Assembly (NCBI RefSeq): GCF_030028105.1
Contig: NC_092377.1
Coordinates: forward strand, 145,306,104 to 145,370,103
Direction: 5' to 3'
Length of the DNA: 64,000 bases
Source: Mobula birostris
Lineage: Eukaryota
A model generated the notes under the pieces. The model was not told where the DNA came from. It worked only from the letters and a program-made list of their open reading frames with translations, and made no database searches. Shown piece after piece: positions 38,556-50,418 of the stretch; position 1 is the stretch's first letter, and every line of letters begins with the position of its first letter. The position numbers were made by a program, and so were the translations under genes.

Positions 38556-38844
38556 ACCATGATTATTATTATCATCATTGTCATCATCATCATCATCATT
38601 ATCAGCATTATTATCATTTTTTACCATTTTTTTCAGCTCAAGCCGCACATGCTCATTTGTCAATAGCATGGGAACTCTCGGATTATTCTAGTAGTGTTTA
38701 TCATTATGTCTTTCGGAAAATTGATGAAGTCTGTCGCTAAATGCTGGTATATTACTCTCAAGTTCCGTTACTTGGTAATAAACACTTAATAATAATGTAT
38801 TTAATTCCAATTACTACTTCATAATTGTCTTAATTAATATTTTT

Positions 38845-41800
38845 TTTTATTTATCTATTATCATCTAAACCTGGGAAAATCTGAGGTACAGGCATAGCCG
38901 GATACGCAAATTTGTCAATTTTCTCGGAACTTTTGGACTGTTCTGTTGGTGTTTAGTATTGTAACTTTCTGAAAATTTACATAGATATTGATGTGTATCT
39001 CTAATTGTTTAACACGATTCTGTAATGCCGTTGGGCATGATACAAGTTGTAGATATTACTATCAGGAACTCTAACACCGGTTCTTGCTCCGAAGTCTTTC
39101 AATTTCCTCTTTAAATTTAGCATTTTTCTGGTGTTTATCACTTCGTGATCTCTGGCAAGAGGGTTTGGATATATCTATTAAATAATATATTATTGCTTGT
39201 TTATCCTGTATTGTTAGATCACACGGTTATTATAGATTGTCCTATTTATTACAACTGATGTGTCCTAATATATTTTGTTGTATTTTCACTCCAAAACTGG
39301 GCCAGACTTAAATTTATAGTGAGGTGTGATTCCATCAACGAGAGTGTATTATAAAGCAAAATTTCGATGAATGTATTCTGTCCATTTGATAGTACCTCTG
39401 TAAGTAATCGGATTTTGTGAAACTGCTGCGGGATTCTGTAATGTCTTGCATCGTTTCTGCTTTTCCTCATCGTTTTCTACGTTACCGACTTGTATTTGTT
39501 GGTCTTTTTTTCATGTGTTTTGATATTTTTGTGTTATCTATTAGGTCATCTATTGACACAAAGAGCCCTTCTGTTTCTAGGGAGAGGTCTCCAACACTGA
39601 GACAGGCGTTCAACGCTTATTGTCGACATGCAGCCTGCTTAGACCATAAGATCATGTGGATGTTCTAAATACACGCTCATGTACTTCGCAAGATCACAAG
39701 ACAAAGGAGCAGAAGTAGGCCATTCGGCACATCGGGTCTGCTCCGTAGCTCCCCCATGAGCTAAACTATTCACCCATCTAGTTCCAATTTCCGTTTTTTC
39801 CCCCATATCCCTTGATATCCTGACTAATTAGATGCCTGTTAATCTCCTCCTTAAGCACCCTCAATTATGGGGCCTCCACAGCTGTCTGTGACAACGAATT
39901 CCACAAATCCACAACCCTCTGGCTAACAAAAAAATCTCCTCATCTCTGTTTTAACTGGGTGTCCTCTAATTCTAAGACTATGGCCTCTTGTCCTGGACTC
40001 ACCCACCAAGGGAAACAACCTTTCAACATCGACTCTGTCCAACCCTTACGGCATTCGAAATGTTTCTATGAGATCGCTTATCATTCTTCAATACCCTGAT
40101 GAATACATTTCAAGAGCCGACAAACGCTCCTCATATGTTAGCCCCTGCATTCCAGGAATCATCCTCGTAAGTTTTCTCTGAACTCTCTCCAACATCAGTA
40201 CATCCTTTCTAAGATAGGGGACCCAAAACTGCACACAGTATTTCAAATAATGTCTCACTAATGCCCCATAGAGCCTCATTAACACCTCCTTACTCTTATA
40301 CACTATTCCTCTTGAAATGAATGCCAATATAGTTTCGCTTTCCTTACCACCGATCCAACTTGGTGGTTAACGTTTAGGGTATCCTGCACGAGGACCTCCA
40401 AGTCCCTTTGAACTTCTGATTTTTGAATTTTCTCCCCATCTAAATAATAATCTGCCCGATTATTTCTTCTTCCGAAATGTACAACCGTACACTTGTCAAA
40501 GTTGTATCTCATCTGCCATTTCTTTGCCCACTCTCCTAAACTGACTGAGTCTCTCTGCAACCTTTCCGTTTCCTCGATATTTTCTGCTCCTCCACCTACC
40601 TTGGTGTCATCCGCAAACTTAGCCACAAAACCATTTAATCCATAATCCAAATCATCGATATACATCGTAAAAAGAAGCGGTCCCAACACCGACCCCTGTG
40701 GAACACCACTAGTAACCGGAAACCAGTCAGAATAGCATCACCTTATTCCCACCCTTTGCTTTCTGCCTATCAGCCAATGCTCGACCCATTTCAATATCCT
40801 TCCTATAATTCCATGGGCTCTCATCTTATTAAGCAGCCTCATACGCGGCACCTTATCGAAGGCCGTTTGAAAATCCAAATACACAACATCCACAGCCTCT
40901 CCCTTGTCAATTTTATTCGAGATTACGTCAAACAATTCCAATCGGTTGATGAGACAGGATCTTCCCTTCATGAAACCATGCTGGCTTTGTCCTGTCTTGT
41001 CATGCACCTCGAGGTGTTGCATAACCTCGTCCTTGAGGATTGACTCCAATCTCTTACCAATTACTGATGTCAGACTAATAGGTCTGTAATTTTATTTTTG
41101 CTGCCTCCTTCCTTTCTTAAATAACGGAGCTACATTTGCGACCTTCCAGTCCTCAGGAACCATGCCAGAGTCTATTCATTCCTGGAAGATCATTTCCAAT
41201 GCTTCCACAATCTCCAAAGCGACCTTCTTTGGAACCCTTGTGTGCAGCTCATCCGGACCAGGAGACTTATCTATTCTTAGTCCATTTAGCTTCCCAAGCA
41301 CTTTCTCTCTAGTAATCTTGACTGTACCTAATTCTATTCCCTGATACCTCTGGCTATCGGGTATATTGCTCATGTCTTCCACTTTGAAGACTGATGCAAA
41401 ATACTCATTCGGTTCCTCTGCCATCTCTTTGTTATCCATTATAATTTCTCCAACATCATTTTCAATCGCTCCCGTATCTAACCTTGTCGCTCTTTTACTT
41501 TTCATATATTAAAACAAAACTCCTAGTATTTTTTATGGTAATCGCCAACTTCCGTTCATAATTCATCTTTTCTTTCCTAATGACTTTCTTAGTTTCCTTC
41601 TGTAAGTTTTTAAATGTCTTCCAGTCCATATTTTTCCCACTAATTCTTGCTTTCTTATACGCCGTTTCCTTTGCTTTTATTTTTGCCCTAAACTCTCTCG
41701 TTAGCCGCATTTGCGCCATTTTCCCATTCATGGTTTTCTTTTTACTTGGAATATATTTTTCCTGCATTTTCCTTATTTCTTGTAGGTACTTCCATGGGAT

Positions 41801-42350
41801 TTCTTTTTCTTCCATATTGACAATGTCTTCATAGATCTGAGTTGTGCTGTCATTTACGTTTAGTGGTGTATACCTTTGATTAGAATTGGATATGATTGTG
41901 AGAAATGTTGATTCCCGTTTTCGTTGACAGAAGTATATTCTTAGTTTCATCTGATGGTTGCCTATAATTTAAATGTTTGCTCTTAGTTCCACCCCCCCCC
42001 ATCCAATGTAGTGTCAAATTAAGCACATTAGAATGTACATGATGTTTCGAAAATTTATCATTGTATTTCCATTTTTTTAATAAAATTTCCAGATAGTTTT
42101 GGAACCAAGATATTATGTCAGAAAATACATAAATATAGGTGTAGCGGCATTGTTTATTGCATTTGTTATTTTTTTTTACTGTTAAACTCAGATTGGCAGA
42201 TTTTCTTAAGCCTTGAAATAAATTCTGTCAAAACTTTCTCATTTATCACACTATCTATTTTCTTTTGATTGTTGATACTCCAGATATTTATATATTTCAT
42301 ATTCATCAATCATTGTATAGTATCCTGTTTCTCTTTTTGTACACTATTAT
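38845..42350 (-). mobile_element. Longest R4/Dong-like copy (post-RT region, zinc-knuckle remnant, restriction-like endonuclease), split by a CR1
   Basis: KLRIYFCQRKR...YTPLNVN (41950-41800); NACLSVGDLSLETEGLFVSI...ETMQDIT...SDYLQRYYQ; NRTIYNNR/DLTIQDKQAIIYYLIDISKP...KFKEEIERL...IVISTT...FQKVTILNTNRTVQKF; frameshifted. Confidence 0.8.
39688..41785 (-). mobile_element. 5'-truncated CR1 LINE
   Basis: KSPGPDELH, YLDFQTAFDKVP, KFADDTK; tail caagatcacaagac; GTACTTC duplicated at 39681-39687 and 41786-41792. Confidence 0.93.
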
Positions 42351-42609
42351 GTAGTAGTACTACTAGTAGTAGTGGTTATACTTTATTGATCCCCATGGAA
42401 ATTGATTAAATTAACACTAATTAAGTGCTCTTTATGTTTAATCTTCTGCTTTTAAACAGACCAACGTTCATGTTTACGAGAATATGCCACCATAAGGTGT
42501 AAGAGCAAAATTCTTCCTTTTGTCTCATCTATTCTGCTTCGCCATTTCATCATAGGTGATCCAGTTTTCTTCTCAGCCTCAATGGACTGCTTTCTTCCCG
42601 TTTTCTTTC

Positions 42610-43145
42610 GTACACTGACAAATCTAATGTTTATCAACTCTGTTTTAAGTATACATGAAGATTTGGACTCCAGTTTGCCTGGCTCAAACAATTGCATAGA
42701 ATCACCACTCTCTGGCTGAAGATATTGTTTTTTATCTCCCATTTAATACGACGCCTTTCGGTTCTCAGGATGCGTCTTCTGGCCTTAGACACTCCCACCA
42801 TAGGAAACGTCCTATCCACAGCAACTCTGTCTAGGACTTTAACCATTCGATAATTTTGAAAGTGGACACCCATCATTCTTATGAATTATGTTGAATACTG
42901 GTCCATAACAATCAGACGCTCAATCCTGCAATTATTTTCCTGAACCTCCTTTCAACACTTTCGAGTTCCAGCACATCCTTTCTATGCTAAGAAGCACAAA
43001 ACTACTTACAATGCTGCAAGTGAGGCTCACTAGCACTTTATAAAATTTCAGCATTAATTCGTTGCTTTTATATTCTGGTAGTCTTGAAATCAATGCTAAC
43101 ATTGAATTTTCCTTCCTCACCATAAACTGAACCTGCAAGGTAACC
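42610..43145 (-). mobile_element. CR1 3' fragment
   Basis: MLALISRLPEYKSNELMLKFYKVLV; FSQRVV. Confidence 0.8.
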
Positions 43146-45379
43146 ATTATATGTTCTTGACTGCGTTATTATAATTTTAGAGAAATAAAATGGAGACAAA
43201 TCGAAAATTTGGAATGTGGTGGTACCACGTCCACAGTAGAAGATGAATTTCCATACATTTCTACAGAAGATGCAGCCAAATGATATTTTTTTTTTCTCAA
43301 ATGTACTTCCCATCGTTCTACACTCATCAATAGAACCGCGTTGATTCAAATGATGCCTTCTGACATAGCACTGCCCTACTTCGGACTATATTATTGAGAT
43401 CAACTGAGGACTTTGCCGAATAAATACTTGGAAAAGGCATAAGCCATTCTACCCATTTCGCAAACGAGACTTTCATAAGAAACTTCACCTCTGCATATGC
43501 CATAATTCAGCATCATTTCTCTTCTCCGCGCATTCCTTTCATTTCAGCACCTTCCAAAATACCGGCAGTTATGCGGCATTTATCCATTTGCTATGAGGGG
43601 ATTGTTTATTTTGTGATTTTATACCAGAGCAAACAATGAAAATGAATGTTTTAGGAAAACATTTATGCAGTGCAGTTTTTTTTTTCATTCTAAATGAGCT
43701 GCATTGTAAAAATGACCATTGGACACTACTTTTTAAATATTTTATTCAAAGTATATATAAAGTTGGTGCAACATTCTGTACCGATACCAGAATGCCTCTG
43801 CAAAAAAAAAAGTCTATCCTATTAGCTGCAGGAAACTCGTACTATCATGGCTTTTGTTAAACATATCATTTCCTCCAATATGCCGAATCTGTATTTCGCA
43901 ACTGGCTCTGCTCTGCTCAAGAAGTGAATGGGTCTAATTTCTATTCCAGACACTAAATCCAAAAAGCCAATATTATAATATTAATCTCAGTGCGAACGGA
44001 ATGGTGGAACGTAAATTGTGACAGGCTACAAATTCTAAGATCTATGAACGAACTCACCATCCTAACTCTGGACATTCTAATATTCACTTAAAACATATCT
44101 TGTGATTTAATGGAGGAACAGTATGGGTACTCAGCTGTTCAGATTAAATTGGCACATGATATATTTAATAAAATTACAGTTATTTTTTGCAACCATTCCA
44201 TGCAGAATTTATTGAGCTGGCTTCGCCTTCATGAAAGATAAACAATATCCAGACTCTGAACTTCTCCTTTCCTATGAAAGTAAATAATTTCCAACCTTAC
44301 TCTTTAAGCCGTCAACTTGCTTATTTGGCATCCACCGGCATCTAATATTGTTTTGTACCTAATCCTTGCAATTTTAATTCAAAAAAAGCATGTTAACCTG
44401 GAATGAAACGTGCACTCATCAATGGCATTTTTGAAACTACGAATCTGTTGTTGAAACCCGTCTAATTTACTTTTGTACAAAATGCACCAGCCTCACCTCT
44501 TCGTGTCGAAAACTAACTCAGGTTACTTTTATTTCACAGTTGAATGCCACCTGTGTCTTCTTTAAGGGATTTATTTAAATCCATTAAATTGCCGCTTTAA
44601 ATAGTTTGTTTCTAACTATTTTCCAGTTAAATTACAGGTTGATAACTACGTTACAGTTTAACAAAAGGAAAAATACATTGTTTATATCGCGGCACCTGAT
44701 GACTTAACCTCTAGTTCCGCCGCGTCTTGCGGGTTAACTTCCAGATCGGATAAAGGGGAAAGGTGGAAGTTCCCGCGTGAAGCATGAACATGAAAAGCTC
44801 ATATCTACCCACAATTAAACATTATAGAAGCGATGCCGTAAGTTCATATGACAGGAGACACGTTGAAGTAAAATTATTAACGCGGATTCTGTTAAAGGAA
44901 ACGACGGCTGATGAGGTTAATTTTCTTGTGCCATTGAAAGCAATGCTGGGAAAATCGTGTTGGACTCTACAGAAAACGGTTGATGGTCAATACACTGCAT
45001 AAATGCTTAAGTAGATTGTGCCTAAATGTTGTGCCTTTGATTGGACTCCTTTGTAATACAGTTTATTATAGTTTTTTTAGTTTTACAAGTATTTACGATG
45101 CAAAAGCGGTCTCAAGACTGAAAGAGACACTGTACATGTTTTGTATTATTTTATCAACAGTTTTCACCATCCGATGTTAACGTCCAAGAGTGAACAGTAA
45201 GTGGTTAACCTTACTACGAAGCTGCCTTCATTGGCTTCGGTTTAACTTGGTGTTTAGTCAGAGTTTCAGCATGCTACACAAGAACACTGCAGTACCTTTC
45301 AATGCAATAACCAATAGGGAATAAAATAAATGATAATGTTGTCTCCGTGTTAAGGATATCTCTCTCAAAGGAGTATGTT

Positions 45380-45615
45380 TTCTAGTTTTCTGAGGACAAA
45401 CATCTCATCGCCAGAATGTCATTGGAGAGAGTCTTCAGAGCGCTGCCCGAAGCCCAAAAGTTTTCATTACTCTCTCAATTTCAAGCCATTGGACTTCCAC
45501 GCAAGTCGTACAGAATTGCATTGAGACCAAACTCAAAAGGATGAACAACACCTCACACTGTCCTCAGTCTGTAAATGGATGGCGTGCAATTTGAATTTAC
45601 TGCTTCAGGTAACAC
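45380..45615 (+). mobile_element. Ancient Penelope GIY-YIG C-terminal remnant
   Basis: gagaccaaactcaaaaggatgaacaacacctca...gatggcgtgcaatttgaatttactgcttcaggtaa aligns by eye to 48125-48221. Confidence 0.45.
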
Positions 45616-46483
45616 TTTCTCACTTTCTTTCCTTCTGATCCACTCAGTTCATCCTGCACACCGCAAATCCATTTTCAAACAGATTCTTTCCCTTTACCAC
45701 ACACTCCTCCCACAGGGTCACACATCTCAACTCCCTTACGCAGCTCTGCTGAAGCATCAGATTATGCACTACATTCACTGCAAGTACATTGAAATTCAGA
45801 TGTTGCATTTAGCGTCGTGAAATATGCCAAATCAAAACAGTAACATCAAAGTACATTTTCAATAAGGTATTATGAGCAGACAACGAGTGGATAGTTTTAT
45901 AGTTAGTATCCTGGAAATATTTGATTTCCATTGTTAATAGTGAAAGGCTACAAAAGTTTCACTAAATATTTTAACTCATTCTTAACTCTACGCATGTTTC
46001 TGTAAGACCATATTGCGTCATCATCTCGCGAACTCGATCTTGAATCCGAATGCCCTGAACGATTAAGTGTTGTATTGCAAACAATACAAATAGCTGCATA
46101 TGCATTATACGATTGCCCTCCCTAAAAATACTAAATTGCCCGCCAACCCTGTCTCCTGCAAACTTGTACCAAACCTGTCTCTTGCAAACCTCTTCCCACC
46201 CTGTCTTTTACAAAAATGCCATCCCCTTCTCGCAATTCCTCCGTCTCTGCCGCATCTGCTCTCAGGATGAGGCTTTTCATTCCTGGACGAAGGAGATGTC
46301 TTCTTTTTGTTTTTTTTAAGAAAGGGGCTACCGTTCTTCCACCATCAACTCTGCTCTCAAACGGATCTCTCTGCATTTCGCTCACATCTGCTATCACCTC
46401 ATTCTCTCGCCACCCCACTAGGAATAGGGTTCCCATTGTTCTCACCTTCCAGCCCACCAGCCTCCCGGTCCAACATGTAGCTA

Positions 46484-47651
46484 TTTCATGGTCTGGTACA
46501 TGAAGTCCGCATTGCCGTTCACAGCCCGGTATGTGGACTCGGGACTCCGGGTCTTCCGGCTGTCCCTTGTTTCAGTTGGCCTAATCATAGGCACCTGATG
46601 CTCGTCTTGGGGCTGGAAATATAAGTGGCCCTGGGTTCGAGTGTGGGTGCTGGTTCGTCTCGCCAGTGTCCCGTCGTCGCCTCCGTGGGATAAGTCAGGC
46701 TGTCTATGTCGTTACCCTGCGGTTGGATCTGTCCCTTCCTGTCCTTGCCTCCGTTAGTTAGCCAGACCGTCTGTGCCGTTACGCTGAGGTTGGACTGTTC
46801 CCTTTTCTTTCCCTTCCTTCTGCAGCTTTGCCTGAAGCATTCCATGTTTTGCCGTGAAGTTCTACCGCTGGAGCGAGACCAGAGCCTTGCTGTGTCAAGA
46901 TAAGAAACTGTCTATCGTAGTTTGGAACTGTCTCCATGTGCCCTCGCCTTCGTAGGCAAGTCCGGCCGTTTGTCGCTACTGTGTGTTGGGAACCGTCTCG
47001 TCATGTTCAGCATTCTGTGTATGAATCCCGGCCCTATGTCCTGTTCCCAAGGAGGGGTCCCGGCTCTGCGTTCTGTGTATGAGCCCTGTCCCTACGTCCT
47101 GCTCCCAAGGAGAGGTCCCGGCCCTGTATTCCATGTTCCTGTCTCTCAAGTCCAACGCTCCGTGTCTCCATGCTCTAGACCAAGACTCCGAGTGTCTAGT
47201 CCTCGTCCAAGGCTCCGAGCGTCCACTCCTCGTCCAAGGCTCCGAGGTTCCTGTCACCCAAGACCACGCCATGTCTTCGCCTAGTTCTGGAGTCGGAATC
47301 CGATGCAAGACCCAGCTTCTGAGTCCTTGCCATGTCTCTGGCTCGGAGTCAATACTCAATCCTTGTCATGTCCTCGCCTAGATCCGGGGTCCGAGCCCGA
47401 GACAAGTCCCAAGTACTGTGTCCTTGTCCAGTCTCTGTCTCGAAGTCCAAGCTCAGGCTCCTAGATTCAATATCCTTGTCTCGCTATCCCAGCCAAAGTC
47501 CTAGCACAAGTCTCTGTTTCTGTCCCAGCTCCTGGTCTGTGTCCAGTCACGTCCCTATCACGTCTTTGATAGTCACGTCTTTGCCCTGTTCCTAGTACTT
47601 CAGTGTCTACGTTTTGCATTTGGGTTCGCTACCAGCCCCCCACCTATGACA
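46484..47651 (+). mobile_element. Solo-LTR-like element, copy 3
   Basis: T(T)TCATGGTC...CTATGACA; splits the Penelope ORF between caacat and aattctccgtaac; no clean TSD. Confidence 0.85.
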
Positions 47652-48350
47652 AATTCTCCGTAACTTCCAACACCTCCAAAGGGATTGCACCACCAAGCAC
47701 ATCTTTCCCTCCCCACCCCCCTTTCTGCTATCCGCGGGGATCGCTCCCTACGCGACTCCCTTGTCCATTCGTCCCCACACCATTCCTTCCCACCGATGGC
47801 TCTCCCGGTAATTATCCTTGTAAGCGGAACAAGTGCAACACATGCCCTTACACTTCCTCTCACCACCATTCAGGGCCCCAGACAGTCCTTCCAGATGAGG
47901 CGACACTTCACCTGTGAGTCAGCTGGGGTGATATACTACGTCCGGTGCTCCCGGTGCTGTCTTCTATATATTGGCAAGACCCGACGCAGGCTGGCAGATC
48001 ATTTCGGTGAACACCTTGGCTGTGTCCGCCAGAGAAAGCAGAATCTCCCAGTGGCCACACATTTTAATTCCACGTCCCATTCCCATTCTGATATGTGTAT
48101 TCACGGCCTCCTCTACTGCCTAGATGAAGCCACACTCAGGTTGGAGGAACAACACCTTATATTTCGTCTGGGTAGCTTGAAACCTGATAGCATGAACACT
48201 GACTTCTCTAACATCCGTTAATGCCCCACCTCCCATTCTTACCCCACCCCTTATTTATTTATGTTCCCCCCTTTTCTCTCTCTTTTTTTCTTCCTCTGTC
48301 CCTCTCACTATAACGCCTTGGCTGCTCTCCATCTTCCTCTGGGCTCCCTT

Positions 48351-50190
48351 TGTCATAACAGAGGGCGCTGGTGGCGGACCCAAGTGCAAGACACAGTCAC
48401 TGAAGTAGTAGGAACCGGTCTTGACTAGGGAGCTGGGATAAGAATACAGACTTGGGCTAGGACATTGGTGAGGCAAGCGGGACCAAGACAAGGAACTGTG
48501 AACTAGGAACCTGGGCTTAGATTCCGAGCGGGTGACTGGACAAAGACACAGAAACTGGGTCTTGACTAGGGCTCGGACCCGGGAACTAGGCAAGGACATG
48601 ACGTGGCTACAGGACTGGACATGGCTTGTGTTATTCGAAAGCGAGGACATGCCGAGACTTGGGTTCGAACTCCGATCCAGAGACTGGACAACGGCCCAGA
48701 ATCTGGGTCTTGACAAGAGCTCGTACTCCAGAACTAGGCGAAGACATGACATGGTCTTGGGAGACAGGGCTAGGCAATTCTACAGGACAGAACGAGAGAC
48801 TCCTGGGCAAGCCGAGGGGTCCAGTACAGGACGAGGGAAGTCCAGCACAGGACGAAGAACATGGACAGGACGATGCACTTGGACAGGACGACAAAAAGAA
48901 GCCTTGACTTGGTACTCAGGAGCAGCCGAGCCTTGGACTTGGGTTGACAAAACCACGGAACCTTGGACTTGGGACGACAGCAACGCAAAACACAGAGCCT
49001 TGTTCTTGGGAAGGACAGGAACACAGAGTCTTGGTCTAGAGCACGTGGACGCTGAGCCTTGGACTTGAGAGACAGGAACACAGGGTCACAGAACACAGAA
49101 CCAGGACTCCTCTTTGGGAATACGACTTCGGGCCGGCGTTCCACACGAAATGCTGAACACGACCAGACGGTTTCTAACACTAGGTAGCAACAAACGGACG
49201 AACCTGCCTAGTGAAGGCCTGGACATAGAGACATTTCCGACTCAACGATACACAGTTCCTTATCTTGACACAGTAAGGCTCCGGTCTCGCTCGGGTGGTT
49301 GAACTTCACAAGGTTGCGGGCAACGCTCCAGACACAGGTTGCAGGCAAGGCTCCAGACACAGGTTGCAGGCAAGGCTCCAGACACAGGTTGCAGACAAGT
49401 CTCCAGACACAGGTTGCAGGCAAGGCTCCAGACACAGGTTGCAAGCTAGGCTTCAGACACAGGTTGCAGGCAAGGCTTCAGACACAGGTTTCAGGCAATG
49501 CTCCAGACACAGGTTACCGGTAAGACTCCAGACATAGGATGCAGACAAGGCTCCAGACACAGGTTGCAGGCAAGGCTTCAGACACAGGTTTCAGGCAATG
49601 CTCCAGACACAGGTTACCGGTAAGACTCCAGACATAGGATGCAGACAAGGCTCCAGACACTGGTTGCAGACGAGGCTACATACACAGGTTGTAGGCAAGG
49701 CTCCATACACAGGTTGCAGACAAGGCTTTAGATACAGGTTACAGGCAAGGCTCCAGATACAAGTTGCAGGCAAGGCTTCAGACACAGGTTGCAGGCAAGG
49801 CTTCAGACACAGGTTGCACGCAAGGCTCCAGATACAGGTTGCATGCAAGGCTCCAGAAGGAAGGGGAAAGGAAGGGAACAGTGGAGCCTTAGGGTAACAG
49901 CAAGGACGGCCTGGCTTACCCAACGGAGGCAAGGCCAGGAAGGGGCAGATCCAACGCAGGGTAACGGCAAGACGGCTGACTTACTCCACTGAAGGGAGGA
50001 CGGGATACTGACGAGACGAACCAGCACCCACACTTGAACCCAGGGCCACTTATTTTCCCAGACCCAAGACGATCATTAGGTGCCTAGGGTTAAGCCCAAC
50101 TGAAACATGGACAGATGGAAGACCCGGAGTCCCGAGTCCACGGACCGGACCGTGAGCCGGAACGCGGATTTCATGGACCGGATCATGACA
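48351..50190 (-). mobile_element. Solo-LTR-like element, copy 4
   Basis: TGTCAT...ATGACA termini; near-TSD CCCTT/CCCCT. Confidence 0.88.
49310..49856. repeat. 25-bp minisatellite (GCTCCAGACACAGGTTGCAGGCAAG), ~22 units, with a 100-bp higher-order duplication
   Basis: Units start at 49325, 49350, 49375 and so on; variant block ~49455-49554 recurs at ~49555-49654. Confidence 0.95.
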
Positions 50191-50383
50191 CCCCTCCCCC
50201 TTTCTTTCTACCTAGGCTTCCCGTCCGGTGATCCTCTCCCTTCTGCAGCCTTTTATCCCTTTTGCCAATCAACTTTCCAGCTCTTAGCTCCATCTCCCCC
50301 CCCCCGCCCCGTCTTCTCCTACCATTTCGGATCTCCCTTCCCCTTCCCACGTTCAAATATCTTACTATCTCTTCTTTCAGTTT

Positions 50384-50418
50384 GTCCTGACAAAGGGTCT
50401 CGGCACGAAACGTCGACT
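50384..50418 (+). ncRNA. Hammerhead motif copy 4 at the 3' end of the Penelope element (CTGACGA reads CTGACAA)
   Basis: GTC-CTGACAA-AGGGTCTCGGCAC-GAAA-CGTC-GAC. Confidence 0.75.

Noticed and set aside
38427-38669. Acidic D/N-rich ORF; initially suspected viral or Polinton gene array
   Set aside because: Translation of a (TCA/TTA)n microsatellite; flanks resolve as R4-like fragments
41495-41950. 151-aa ORF as a novel protein
   Set aside because: Chance in-frame fusion of R4-like sequence and a CR1 5'-truncation point
44050-44076. ATG TCC AGA GTT AGG ATG|gtgagt as a first exon (MSRVRM)
   Set aside because: Strong donor but phase 0, incompatible with the phase-1 exons; 29 kb away; no other support
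44696-44850. CTGATGA as another hammerhead, or a small MITE
   Set aside because: No helix II plus GAAA box follows; terminal inverted match is too short and imperfect
49310-49856. CRISPR-like regular 25-bp repeat
   Set aside because: Units are contiguous with no unique spacers; it lies inside an LTR-like element in eukaryotic DNA; no cas genes
46922-50033. Numerous 80-180 aa ORFs in LTR copies 3 and 4
   Set aside because: By-products of repeats; only 47685-48221 (GIY-YIG) has real motifs
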